A stretch of DNA of 64,000 nucleotides from Octopus sinensis (taxonomy: Eukaryota). This document shows, piece by piece, positions 53,228 to 64,000 of the stretch (position 1 is its first letter; each line of letters opens with the position of its first letter). The translations under genes were made by a program, and so were the position numbers. The notes beneath the pieces are model-generated. The model had not been told where the DNA came from and searched no databases. It worked only from the letters and a program-made list of their open reading frames with translations. The DNA lies in the NCBI RefSeq assembly GCF_006345805.1, contig NC_043002.1:72540001-72604000 (forward strand), read 5' to 3'.

Positions 53228-54918
53228 TCCAAAACATTAAGACACTTCATATTCCATTTCAGCTTCTCAAGGATTCCACAAGCATATTTGATGACATAAA
53301 GAAATGAATGAGTAGGGCACTGCCTTGAAGAGTTTTCACTAAACAAATTGACCACAGTACTTATCTTTTAACGGCTTGGTACTCATTTTGTTGGTTACAG
53401 GGACACAAACACACCAACACCAGTTGTCAAGCAGCAGTGAGGGACAAACAAAGACACAGACACACACAGACATTACATTTACCTATATCCTTTTATTTGT
53501 TTCAGTCATTTGACTGCGGCCATGCTGGAGCACCACCATGAAAATTGACCCCAGGACTTATTCTTTGCAAGCCTAGTACTTATTCTATCGGTCTCTTTTG
53601 CCAAACCAAACCGCTAAGTTACAGGGATGTAAACACACCAGTATCGGTTGTCAAGTGATGTTGGGGGAGGGGGACAAACACAGATACACAATTATATACC
53701 TACATATGTATGTATATATATATATATTATCATCATCATCGTTTAACATCCGCTTTCCATGCTAGCATGGGTTGGACAATTTGACTGAGGGCTGGCGAAC
53801 CAGATGGCTGTCCTTCCTAATGCCAACCACTCCAAGAGTGTAGTGGGTGCTTTTACGTGCCACTGGGATGGGGGCCAGTCAGGCAGTACTGGCAATGACC
53901 TCACTTGAATCATTTTACACATCCCACTGGCACAGGGACCAGTAAGGTGATGCTGGTAATGATCCCGCTCGAATGGTGCCTTTTACGTGCCACCGGCACG
54001 GAAGCCAGTTAGCCACTCTGGCAACGATCACACTCGGATGGGGCTCAAGTGCCAGTAAGGCAATGCAGGTCATGATCACACTTGAATGTTGCCTTTTATG
54101 TGCCACTGGTACGGAAGCTGCTTAGCCGCTGCTCTGTCAACGATCACACTTGCATGGTGCTCTTTGCTCCTTGCTAGCATGGATGCCAGTCATCGAATTT
54201 GATATATATATATATATATATAACGGGCTTCTTTTCATTTTCCATCTACCAAATCCACTCACAAGGCTTTGGTCGGCCCGAGGCTATAGTAGAAGACACT
54301 TGCCCAAGGTGCCACGCAGTGGGACTGAACCCGGAACCATGTGGTTGGTAAGCAAGCTGCTTACCACACAGCTACTCCTGTGCCTATGGCTGCTTACCAC
54401 ACAGCCACTACTGTGTCTATGAATGTTTATAAAACATAGAATTCCTGTCAAACCTGAAGAGTCTTATAATTATCTCTACCACCATCACTGTTATTATTAC
54501 TACCACCATTACTATCCCTACTACTACCATTAATATCACTAACACTACTATCACTACTACAACTGTCCCTATCCCTAACATATTATCAGCGAGTGAACAA
54601 AGAAGCAGCTACATGGTTGCTCAACTCGCTAGATATAGCAGCCAATTCTCCCTCATATTACACACCCTTTCATCTTAGTAAAAGAAGAGCATATTGAACA
54701 AAAGAGCCCTAGATTTTCAAAACGACGGGATGGTCATGGCTGGAACATCTTCAATCAATTGATCTGATTGATAAATGCTAACCTCTTCCACTATATCTAG
54801 TCAATGAAAACCTCTCTATACAGTCATTTAAAATGCTGGCAAAGTACAGCCAAATCTCCCTCAAATCACTCACCATACAGTCTAAGAAGAAAATACAGAA
54901 TAATGCAGTCTGGGATAA

Positions 54919-54979
54919 ATTAACTCTTTAGTATTCAAACCAGACATATCCAGCCCAAATATTCAATGTTTTTATATAC

Positions 54980-55055
<76 letters not shown>

Positions 55056-55634
55056 CGTAGGAGTGGCTGTGTGGTAAGTAGCTTGCTTACGAACCACATG
55101 CTTCCGGGTTCAGTCCCACTGTGTGGCACCTTGGGCAAATGTCTTCTACTATAGCCTCAGGCCGACCAAAGCCTGGTAAGTGGATTTGGTAGACGGAAAC
55201 TGAAAGAAGCCCGTCGTTTTTATATGTACATATATATATATAGATATATATGTGTGTGTATATGTTTGTATGTCTGTATATGTCCCCCCAACATCGCTTG
55301 ACAACCGATGCTGGTGTGTTTACGTCTCTGTAACTTAGCAGTTCGGCAAAAGAGACTGATAGAATAAGTACTAGGCTTACAAAGAATAAGTCCTGGGGTC
55401 AATTTGCTCGACTAAAGGCGGTGCTCCAGCATGGCCACAGTCACATGACTCAAACAAATAAAAGAGTAAAACTAGCCAGATCCAGCCTCTCACACCTACC
55501 CTACAGTGTCATTCTAAAAGTAAACAATCACATCATTGAAATCTCAAAGCTACAAAATTATTCATGGTTTATTCAAAACAATGTGAATGAATAAGTATTA
55601 CATTTGATAGAGTAATCTGGATGCCAAAGGGTTA
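54919..55634. mobile_element. piggyBac-like MITE with a nested family A SINE
   Basis: ttaactctttagtattc ... atgccaaagggttaa. Related fragments at about 5580-6100 and 11260-11427. Confidence 0.55.
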
Positions 55635-56499
55635 AGCATAGTAAAGATGATAAGATGGCCAAAGTGTTATGTGTTTGATCACAGATTCATTGAGTGAGGA
55701 TGGACTTCGAACTAAACAGTAACCCCATCACCACTAACTCAATACTAAAAGCAACACTGCCATAGTAATCATATTTGTTATATAAGCTATCAAAAGGTTC
55801 ATTTACACACCAAATAAGGTTAATACAATCAACATTCAGAAGTAGCTTACTTGTTAATAGGATTAGAGCTTTAGATTCATTGAGGTGGAAGTATTTTTGA
55901 ATTCAAATCTGATCAAATACTTTCATACATTCAAACACACAAATAAAAAAAACCCAGTGTGTCCTCTAAGTTTTTTTGTGAGTATGCATAGAAATTTGCT
56001 TTTGTGAGGTGGCGAGCTGGCAGAACCATTAGCATGCTGGGCAAAATGCTTAGCGGTATTTTGTCTGCAGTTACATTCTGTGTTCAAATTCCACCGAGGT
56101 CGACTTTGCCTTTCATCCTTTCGGAGTTGATAAATTAAGTACCAGTTACACACTGGGCTCGATGTAATCGACTTAATCCCTTTGTCTGTCCTTGTTTGTC
56201 CCCTCTATGTTTAGCCCCATTGTGGGCAATAAAGAAATAAGAAATTTGGTTCTGTATAAATTTTGTCTTTCTTTACAGAATGTGTACACATCAATTATGA
56301 TATAAACATCTTTAAATAGGATAAGGAGTGGTTGTGTAGTAAGTAGCTTGCCTACGAACCACATGGCTCCGGGTTCAGTCCCACTGTGTGGCACCTTGGG
56401 CAAGTGTCTTCTACTATAGCCTCGGACTGACCAAAGCCTGGTGAGTAGATTTGGTAGATGGAAACTGAAAGAAGCCTGTCATATATATGTATATATATG

Positions 56500-57166
56500 G
56501 ATTCCTCCTTTTCGCCTTCGGCCCAGTGCGTCCATGCTGCCAACAAAGCACGCGGAATTCTGTTCTTGATTCGACGGTCATTCGGAATGCTCACAGCAGC
56601 CATATTCCTACCGCTCTATGTCATGCTGGTGAGACCCTTATTGGAGTACGGGATTCAAGCCTCTTCTCCTTATCTCCTCAAAGACATACAGCATCTCGAA
56701 AGAGTCCAGAAGCTGGCTACCCGCATGGTTCATGGTCTCAAGAATTTGTCTTATGAAGAAAGGCTGAAGACACTCGACCTTTATTCTCTAGAAAAACGCT
56801 GTCGCCGTGGTGATCTCATTCTCCCTCACAACATCATAAGCGGAAAGTGTAACGTCTCGAAAGAGCTGTTCTTCACTCCTGCTCCAGAGCGTCGGCTGCA
56901 GGGTCATTCCGAAAAGCTCTATCTGCGACGACTTCATCTCAATCAAATAAGAGGGGCTTTCTCCGTCCGGGTTGCGGATCCGTGGAACAAGCTGCCAGAT
57001 GAGATGGTGAAGATGCCAGATGAGATGGTGAAGATGCCGATGACCACTTTGTTCAAAGTCTCCCTTGACCTCAAATGGCCTGAACTCTTTACATGAACAC
57101 CACCCTGTACATAACTACATGGCCTTGCTTTTTGCTTTTTGAGCCAAAAATTAATTAACTAACTAA
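56500..57166 (+). mobile_element. 5'-truncated CR1-type LINE inserted in a SINE
   Basis: LYVMLVRPLLEYGIQASSPYLLKDIQHLERVQKLATRMV...RRGDLI; (aact)n tail. Flanked by the two halves of a family A SINE (56323-57397). Confidence 0.88.
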
Positions 57167-58026
57167 CATATATATATGTATGTGTGTGTGTATACGTTTG
57201 TGTCTGTGTTTGTCCTCCAGCATCGCTTGACAACCGATGCTGGTGTGTTTACATTTACGTAACTTAGCGGTTCAGCAAAAGAGACCAATAGAATCAGTAC
57301 TAAGCTTACAAAGAATAAGTCCTGAGGTCAATTTGCTCGACTAAAAGGCAGTGCTCCAGCATGGCCACAATCAAATGACTGGAACAAGTAAAAGAGTACT
57401 GAAACTTTCCATGAATAGCCTGATGTCCTATGCAAAACAGAACAAAAATATAGAAGGAAGAAGAGAACAGAAGGAACAGAAAAGAAGCGGACTCTGCTAG
57501 TCACAGCAAAGGCAACCCATCTCAGAGAATGGTAACTCTAAATAAAACTAGTATAGCCTACAGAGACCATTTAACCCCTTAATATTAAACTATAACTACA
57601 AAAGTTTGGACCATAATCATAATGTTAAATACATTTACCATGTTTATCATAAACTTGGAGACTGGACGTTGTAATTATAAATTTGGACATTACCAGCAAA
57701 CACACTTGAACAATGTAATCATGGGCATTATCATTAAACATTGAGCATTACTATCATAAAAATTGGACGTTATCAGCACAGAGCTTAGCACTGCAATAAT
57801 GAAAATGAATGTTATCATCACACACTGGAGCACAGTAATCACAAATATCAACATTATCAAACACCTGAGCAATGTTTTTACGAAAGCAAACATTACCACT
57901 ACACATCAGAGCATTGGAGTTACAAATATGGATATTATTATCACATATCTAAACACTAATTACAAAATGTAAATATAACATTATACATCTGAGAAAATAA
58001 GTACAAAAATGTAACAAAATACTCAC

Positions 58027-58154
58027 AGAATTCTCTATGGCAAGTAGCAATATATCGTTCAATACAAAATGCAAACAGCATCCATATGTGGGAAATTCCA
58101 ACAACAAATCCAATAAATCCATAGAAGTGGCAGCCAAAATTTCCAAAAAGCCAT
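58027..58154 (-). CDS. Retinochrome-like opsin exon (TM3, ERY motif)
   Basis: ctgcag acceptor, gtgagt donor. WLFGNFGCHFYGFIGFVVGISHIWMLFAFCIERYIATCHREF. 128 nt, phases consistent. Confidence 0.95.
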
Positions 58155-59679
58155 CTGCAGAAATACAAGGAACAATGATTATTTCTGCTCAATAGAGAAC
58201 TTACCATTATGCTATAGAAATGATTAAAAAAAAATTAGGTAAAAATCACATGAAGTTTTGCATTTTTATTTTTCATTTCATTAAGACTTATTATCAAAGT
58301 AATTGTTTAGTTTGTTTTAAAGACCAGGAATGGTGAAAGGAAAAGTTGGCCGCCTCAGGATTTGAACTCAAGTCTGGAAAAATATTCCAAAGCAATTTTT
58401 TTCTGATGTTCTAATAATTCTGCTAGCTCACAAATGTATATTTTCTATTCTTGAACCCGTTGCTATGATGGTAAAGGGACCTTACTGAACTGAAAGATAC
58501 AAAACCCAATAAAAGTTCTACAGAGAAACAGAATCACAAAAAAATACTGCAACTTTAAAATATTCGAAGAAAGAAAAATTCAGGTGAACCTGGAATGGAA
58601 GATAGCAGTCTATTGATTAAGAAAAACCTTCAGTTAAATCCCTGCTACAGGTACAATATCACTCTAGATCATATATATTATAATATTATTCATATGTATT
58701 ATAACTATTGTATTGTAGACCTCCAGGTATGCATTGCTGAATTCTTCTAGTTTCCAGGCCTTCAAAAAGATACCATCCAGACTACAAGCTTCACCAGCCT
58801 GGACTGATTTGCTGTCTATCAGTGGTGAAAGAACCCTTCCTTATGTAAAGTTCTTCAAGAAAGACTATATCAATATTGCTCTCAGTGATTTCTGGAGGTT
58901 TACCTAGGTCTTCAAAGCACTTTTTCTATAATCCAATCATCTCTCATTTCTATTATCCAATCCTCTCTCAGAGCCTTTAGTCTGGAAATATTTCACTTCT
59001 TCCATCCATTTTATTTACTGCTTTTTATGCAAGTCTTCAAAGCTGCAGTTGAATTAATTTTAATTTATGGTTCAATAAATGGACAGTTACAGCTTCCACA
59101 AAGAAAACTCAACTCTAAATGGCACATGCACCAGAATGCTCCATGTAGTTCTAAATATCTCATGGCATCAATACATAAATAATAAAGAATATAGTAGGAC
59201 ATCCCATATATCACAGAGACAATATGAAAACACAGGCTGAGATTTATTGCTCACAGCTGTTGTAACAAGGAGGGGCTAGGAGCTGAAGACCTTCGGTGAC
59301 GACCTTCTCATGGTAAACAGGGAAAAGGTAGACCAGTAAAAAAGACTACAAAAGCCAATTGCTTGAAAACATTGGATGCACCACCCAAGATCTTTAAAAT
59401 GCCAAGGACAACAGAAAGGAATGGAAGACACATGTCAGGAATGCCAAGAAATTTTCACTCTACTAACTATGGTTATTGTTGATGTTATTATATTATATAA
59501 TAAATATTATATTATATCATGAGCATGGCTCAATGGTTAGAGTGTCAGGCTCATAATCATGAGGTAGTGAGTTAAATTCCTGGACAGGGCTGTGTGTTGT
59601 GTTCTTAAGCAAAACACTTTATTTGATGTTATTCCAGTTCACTCAGCTGTAGAAATGAGTTGCAACATCACTGGTGCTA

Positions 59680-60554
59680 AGCTGTATTAGAAAGGATCAC
59701 AAAAGTACAGCTCCCAAAATTACTACAGAGCTTAATGACAACCTCGAGAACCCAGTTTCCACAAAAACTGTTTACTGGGAGCTGCACAAAGCCAGATTTC
59801 ACAGGAGGGCTGCAATCAGAAAATCACTACTTTCAAAAGCAAACGTTGCAAAGCATTTAGAGTGGAGTAAAAACCTACAGAATTGATCCCTAGAGCAGTG
59901 GAAGAATGTTATTTTCTCAGATGAGACATCCCTTACCTTATTTCCGACCACCAGCTGAGTATACATGTGGAGACAGCCAAAAGAAGCATTTGACCCAGAC
60001 TGCCTTCTTCCAACTACTGAACATGGAGGAGGATCTGTGATGATCGGGGGGGGGGGGCTATATCTTAGAAATCCACTGGCCCAGTGGTTTCCCTTCATGG
60101 CAGAATTAATAGTCAAGACTATTTAAGCATTTTATCTGATCAAATTCATCCTATGGTTGTGGAACTGTTTCCAGAGGGAAATGCAATCTTTCAGGATGAT
60201 AATGCACCAATTCACACAGCTAAAGTTATTACAGAATGGTACGAGGAACCTTCTAGTGAAGCTGAACATCTTATCTGGCCACCACAGTCTCCAGATCTCA
60301 AAATTATGGAACATTTATGGTACATTTTAGAAAAACAAGTAAAGAGTCGATATCCTCCACCATCATCACTATAAGAACTGGAGACTATTTTAGCTGAAGA
60401 ATGGACAAACATTCCTTAGGAAACAATTCAAACTTTGTACGAGTCCATACCTAATAGAATTCAAGCTATAATTACTGCCAAGGTGGTCCTACTCTATATT
60501 AAAATAAATTTGTTTGAAATTTTAAGGTGTTTCCATTATTTTGTCCAACCCCTG
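59680..60554 (+). mobile_element. Decayed Tc1 transposase fragment with right TIR
   Basis: Peptides NVIFSDE, PTTEHGGGSVMI, FQDDNAPIHTAK and WPPQSPDL with stops and frameshifts. End ttgtccaacccctg followed by TA. Confidence 0.88.
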
Positions 60555-61471
60555 TATATCATATCAAGGCAGCAAACTGACAGAATTGTTAGTACACCAG
60601 GCAAAATACTTAGCGGCTTTCCTCCAGCTCTTTAGATTCTGAGTTCAAATTCTACCAAGGCTAACTTTGCTTCTATCCTTTGGGAGTTGATGAAACAAGT
60701 ACTAGTTACACACTGGGGTTGATGTAATCAACTCATCCCCACCTCCCCCAAGCTGCCGTTGTGGAAAAAATTTTAAATATATTATATTTATTATATTTTA
60801 TTATATTACAGATAGACTAACAGACAGATATACCAGGTGACCCATTATTCAAATATAAATTGAAACATTGTTAGTCATAAAAACAGATGCAAATGCTATA
60901 CTACACTTCCTAACATTCTTTTGTTTTATTGTTTACTCATAATTAAATGTGGCAGCTCAAACAAAATGTGAACAAATTGTAGAATTGAAAATGGCTGGCA
61001 TATAGAACAGTAGAGTGATAAAACAGTTGGGAAAATATAAAGGGCTATGGTGAATACAAACGGTAGCCATTTTGAATTGTAAGTTTATGTGAAAATATTG
61101 TGAATAAATATAAAAATGAGTCTGAAAACTTTCATTAACCAAAACCTAAAACTTTTTATTTTATCTTGGTATCTCCCTAGACACAGCAAAATTTTTATTT
61201 TAGGATAAAATGAATGAGTAAATATATATGCCATGCCTGGTACTATATACTCTTTTACTCTTTTACTTGTTTCAGTCACTTTGACTGTGGCCATGCTGGA
61301 GCACCACCTTTAGTCGAGCACATCGACCCTAGGACTTATTCTTTGTAAGCCTAGCACTTATTCTATCGGTCCCGTTTGCCAAACCGCTAAGTTACAGGGA
61401 CGTAAACACACCAGCATCGGTTGTCAAGTGATGTTGGGGAGGCAAACACAGTCACACAAACATATACACAC

Positions 61472-61520
<49 letters not shown>

Positions 61521-61781
61521 GGGCTTCTTTCAGTTTCCGTCTACCAAATCCACTCACAAGACTTTGGTCGGCCCGAGGCTATAGTAGAAGACATTTGCCC
61601 AAGGTGCCATGCAGCAGTGGGACTGAACCCGGAACCATGTGGTTGGTAAGCAAGCTACTTACCACACAGCCACTCCTGTGCCTATTGGTTAACATTTTAG
61701 TTACCTAAGGTCATGTTGACAAAAACTGTAGAGAAGCCAGTATAAAATTTATTTGTTTTTTTTCTTTTCAGTGTCAATATA

Positions 61782-61943
61782 CTGTATTTTAACATGTATA
61801 AGGAACCCATTTTTGTCAAAAATTAGGTTAAAAAAGTATGGGAGTTTCTTATACATGGATAGTATTATAATCCCTTAGAAAACCTTTTCTCCAAATTTTA
61901 AGTCCCCAAAATTAGGGGATTCCTTACACATGTTAAAATACTG
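61782..61943. mobile_element. pogo-like MITE
   Basis: TIRs ctgtattttaacatgtataaggaaccc and gggattccttacacatgttaaaatactg, flanked by TA. Confidence 0.7.
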
Positions 61944-62431
61944 TAATATTTACTAGTGATATATTGAAGAGAGCTGCCATTTAACTCAACAGCTTCTTAT
62001 AAAAATTCTAGAGTTGGTCTTGTTTCTACTGTTCTACTGATTCTACCTTCACTTTAATATAATCACAATAACAAAAATATGAACAACAGCTATGGTATAT
62101 AACATATAAATATATAGGCGTAGGAGTGGCTATGTGGTAAGTAGCTTGCCTACGAACTACATGGTTCCGGGTTCAGTCCCACTGCATGGCACATTGGGCA
62201 AGTGTCTTCTACTATAGCCTTGGGCCAACCAAAACCTTGTGAGTGGATCTGGTTGATGGAAACTGAAAGAAACCGTCGTATGTGTGTGTGTGTGTCTGTG
62301 TTTGATGCCCCAACAACCGATGCTGGTGTGTTTATGTCCCCATCCTCGACTAAACGCAGTGCTCCAGCATGGCAGCATTCAAATGACTGAAACAAGTAAA
62401 AGAGTAAAAGAGTAATTATAGACAAACTTAC

Positions 62432-62591
62432 CTTCCAGCAATACTTGAAGATGAATTCAGAGGAAATCCAATATTGACCAAAGCACTTGTCAGAAGGAAG
62501 TAGATCAACATGCTGTACTTCCTTCGAGGTTGTGTATTCTGCCTTGCCAAAACAATTGCTGCAAGTCCATTGGTTGCGAAAGCCGTTACAC
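62432..62591 (-). CDS. Retinochrome-like opsin, first visible exon (TM1-TM2)
   Basis: aacag acceptor, gtaagt donor. GVTAFATNGLAAIVLARQNTQPRRKYSMLIYFLLTSALVNIGFPLNSSSSIAGR resembles squid retinochrome LARQSPKPRRKYAILI...ASSSIVGR (recalled). Confidence 0.92.
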
Positions 62592-62704
62592 CTGTTTCAA
62601 TAAGAAATATATAAATAGGGGAAACAAATTAGTAAAATAATATTAATATTATTAGCTTTTCAAATTTTGACTACATCTATCATACTACTGCAATCATTAT
62701 TATA

Positions 62705-63025
62705 ATTCTGTTGTGTTTGAGGAGAGTCATTTTCTTTTTGTGCCTTATAATTTAACACACTCACTGGTAAAATTTCCACTTATTTTTATTTTCCTAAAAT
62801 TTTCATTGCGTCTTGCAACCTTTTCAATAGTCTTGACTATTTAAAAGGTTGCCAGACGCAATGAAAATTTTAGGAAAATAAAAATAAAGAATAAGTGGAA
62901 ATTTTACCGATGAGCATGTTAAATTATAAGGCACAATAAGAAAATGACTCTCCTCAGACACAACAGAATATGCTTCAACACACGAACTCACATAAAGAAT
63001 CTTGCAAACCAAATCCAAAAACGAA
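62705..63025. mobile_element. Fold-back repeat (arms about 130 bp) of a Penelope-like family with an HHR-like motif
   Basis: Inverted repeat centred on aatagtc-tt-gactatt (62826-62841). The right arm matches the solo copy at 48300-48513. Confidence 0.7.
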
Positions 63026-63101
63026 ATTATTATAATTATTATCATCAAATCTTATGAGTGGATTTCATTGTCAGAAAACTGAAAGAAGTCTGGAGAATCT
63101 G

Positions 63102-63142
<41 letters not shown>

Positions 63143-63552
63143 TGTGCCTGTGTGCATACCTGTGTCTGTGTCTGTGCATGTGTGTGTGTTGTCCTGTCAT
63201 GATGTGATGGCTGTAAATTAGCATCACCATCATACAAGCGATGTTGTTTATTTCCAGACTGCCATGAAAAATATTTTCTGGCCTTTGCCCATCATCATCA
63301 TCTGCTTCATTCATATTCACAAGAATAATTTCCAGAACATGACACAAACATTGTAGAACAACCCACAGATAAATAAACACAATAATGCAGACATATAGAC
63401 ACATACAAACACATATATACTGCACACACACACACACACATGCATTTTTTAATCGGTTTTATTTTTAACCAGCAGAAACTTACAACTGACTCTCTTGCAC
63501 TATTCTACAGATTAAAAATAAAAGATGATATACATACTGTATATTTCCATTT

Positions 63553-63641
63553 GAGTCTCTGATGAAGCTATAAAGTGTTACTCAGACACTCAACTAGGAG
63601 TACAGTGCATCTTATAGTGAAACAGCTGTAAGCTAATAAAG
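63553..63641 (+). ncRNA. Type I hammerhead motif with long stem-loop II, slightly decayed
   Basis: agtct-CTGATGA-a-gctataa...ttatagt-GAAA-cagctg-TA-agct followed by AATAAAG. Stem III (ACAGCTGT) is palindromic. Confidence 0.6.
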
Positions 63642-63689
63642 TTTGTGTCATTTATTCCTTTGTCATCTCTTTTCTTTTATACATACATA

Positions 63690-64000
63690 TTGGGTCATCC
63701 CATAAATAATGCTGTTTTTTTCAACTGCATGAACTAAGAGAGGGATGGGATAAACTACCTGCATCAACCTGCTATAAAAGCAGTAATTTTACCTTGTGCT
63801 TATTCTTAGTACAAGTTTTGAAGAGTGCAGTTCGATTTTAACAGTTGTTTTTTCAAAGCTATTAAGGAAGTGACAATGGGGCATATTCGCCATGTTTTGC
63901 TTTATGAGTTCAATAAGGCAACAGCACAACGGAAAGTGCAAGGAATATTAATGCAGTATATGGGGATCAGACAATAAGTGTATGCCAGTATCAACAATGG
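63690..64000 (+). mobile_element. Left end of a mariner element
   Basis: TA plus ttgggtcatcccataaataatg TIR-like start. HIRHVLLYEFNK peptide typical of a mariner transposase N-terminus. Confidence 0.7.

Overview
AT-rich, repeat-dense eukaryotic DNA, most likely an octopus (coleoid cephalopod) genome, judged from the SINE families and a retinochrome gene. Three spliced host genes can be built with phase-consistent GT-AG exons: SSR2/TRAP-beta (minus strand, 3' part outside the window), mitochondrial ribosomal protein L34 (plus strand, head-to-head with SSR2), and a divergent retinochrome photoisomerase opsin (minus strand, 5 exons from 62591 to 42812, first exon outside). A full-length, very young CsRn1/Kabuki-type Ty3/Gypsy element occupies 26105-31983. 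The rest is tRNA-derived SINEs, MITEs, LINE and DNA-transposon relics and microsatellites. The signal not explained by the ORF track is a set of type I hammerhead-ribozyme (HHR) motifs of Penelope/retrozyme type: a well-formed copy with a long G-U-rich stem at 4251-4348, two mirror pairs forming long fold-backs in or next to the retinochrome gene, and further single copies. All assignments are by eye and recall; no database search or folding program was run.
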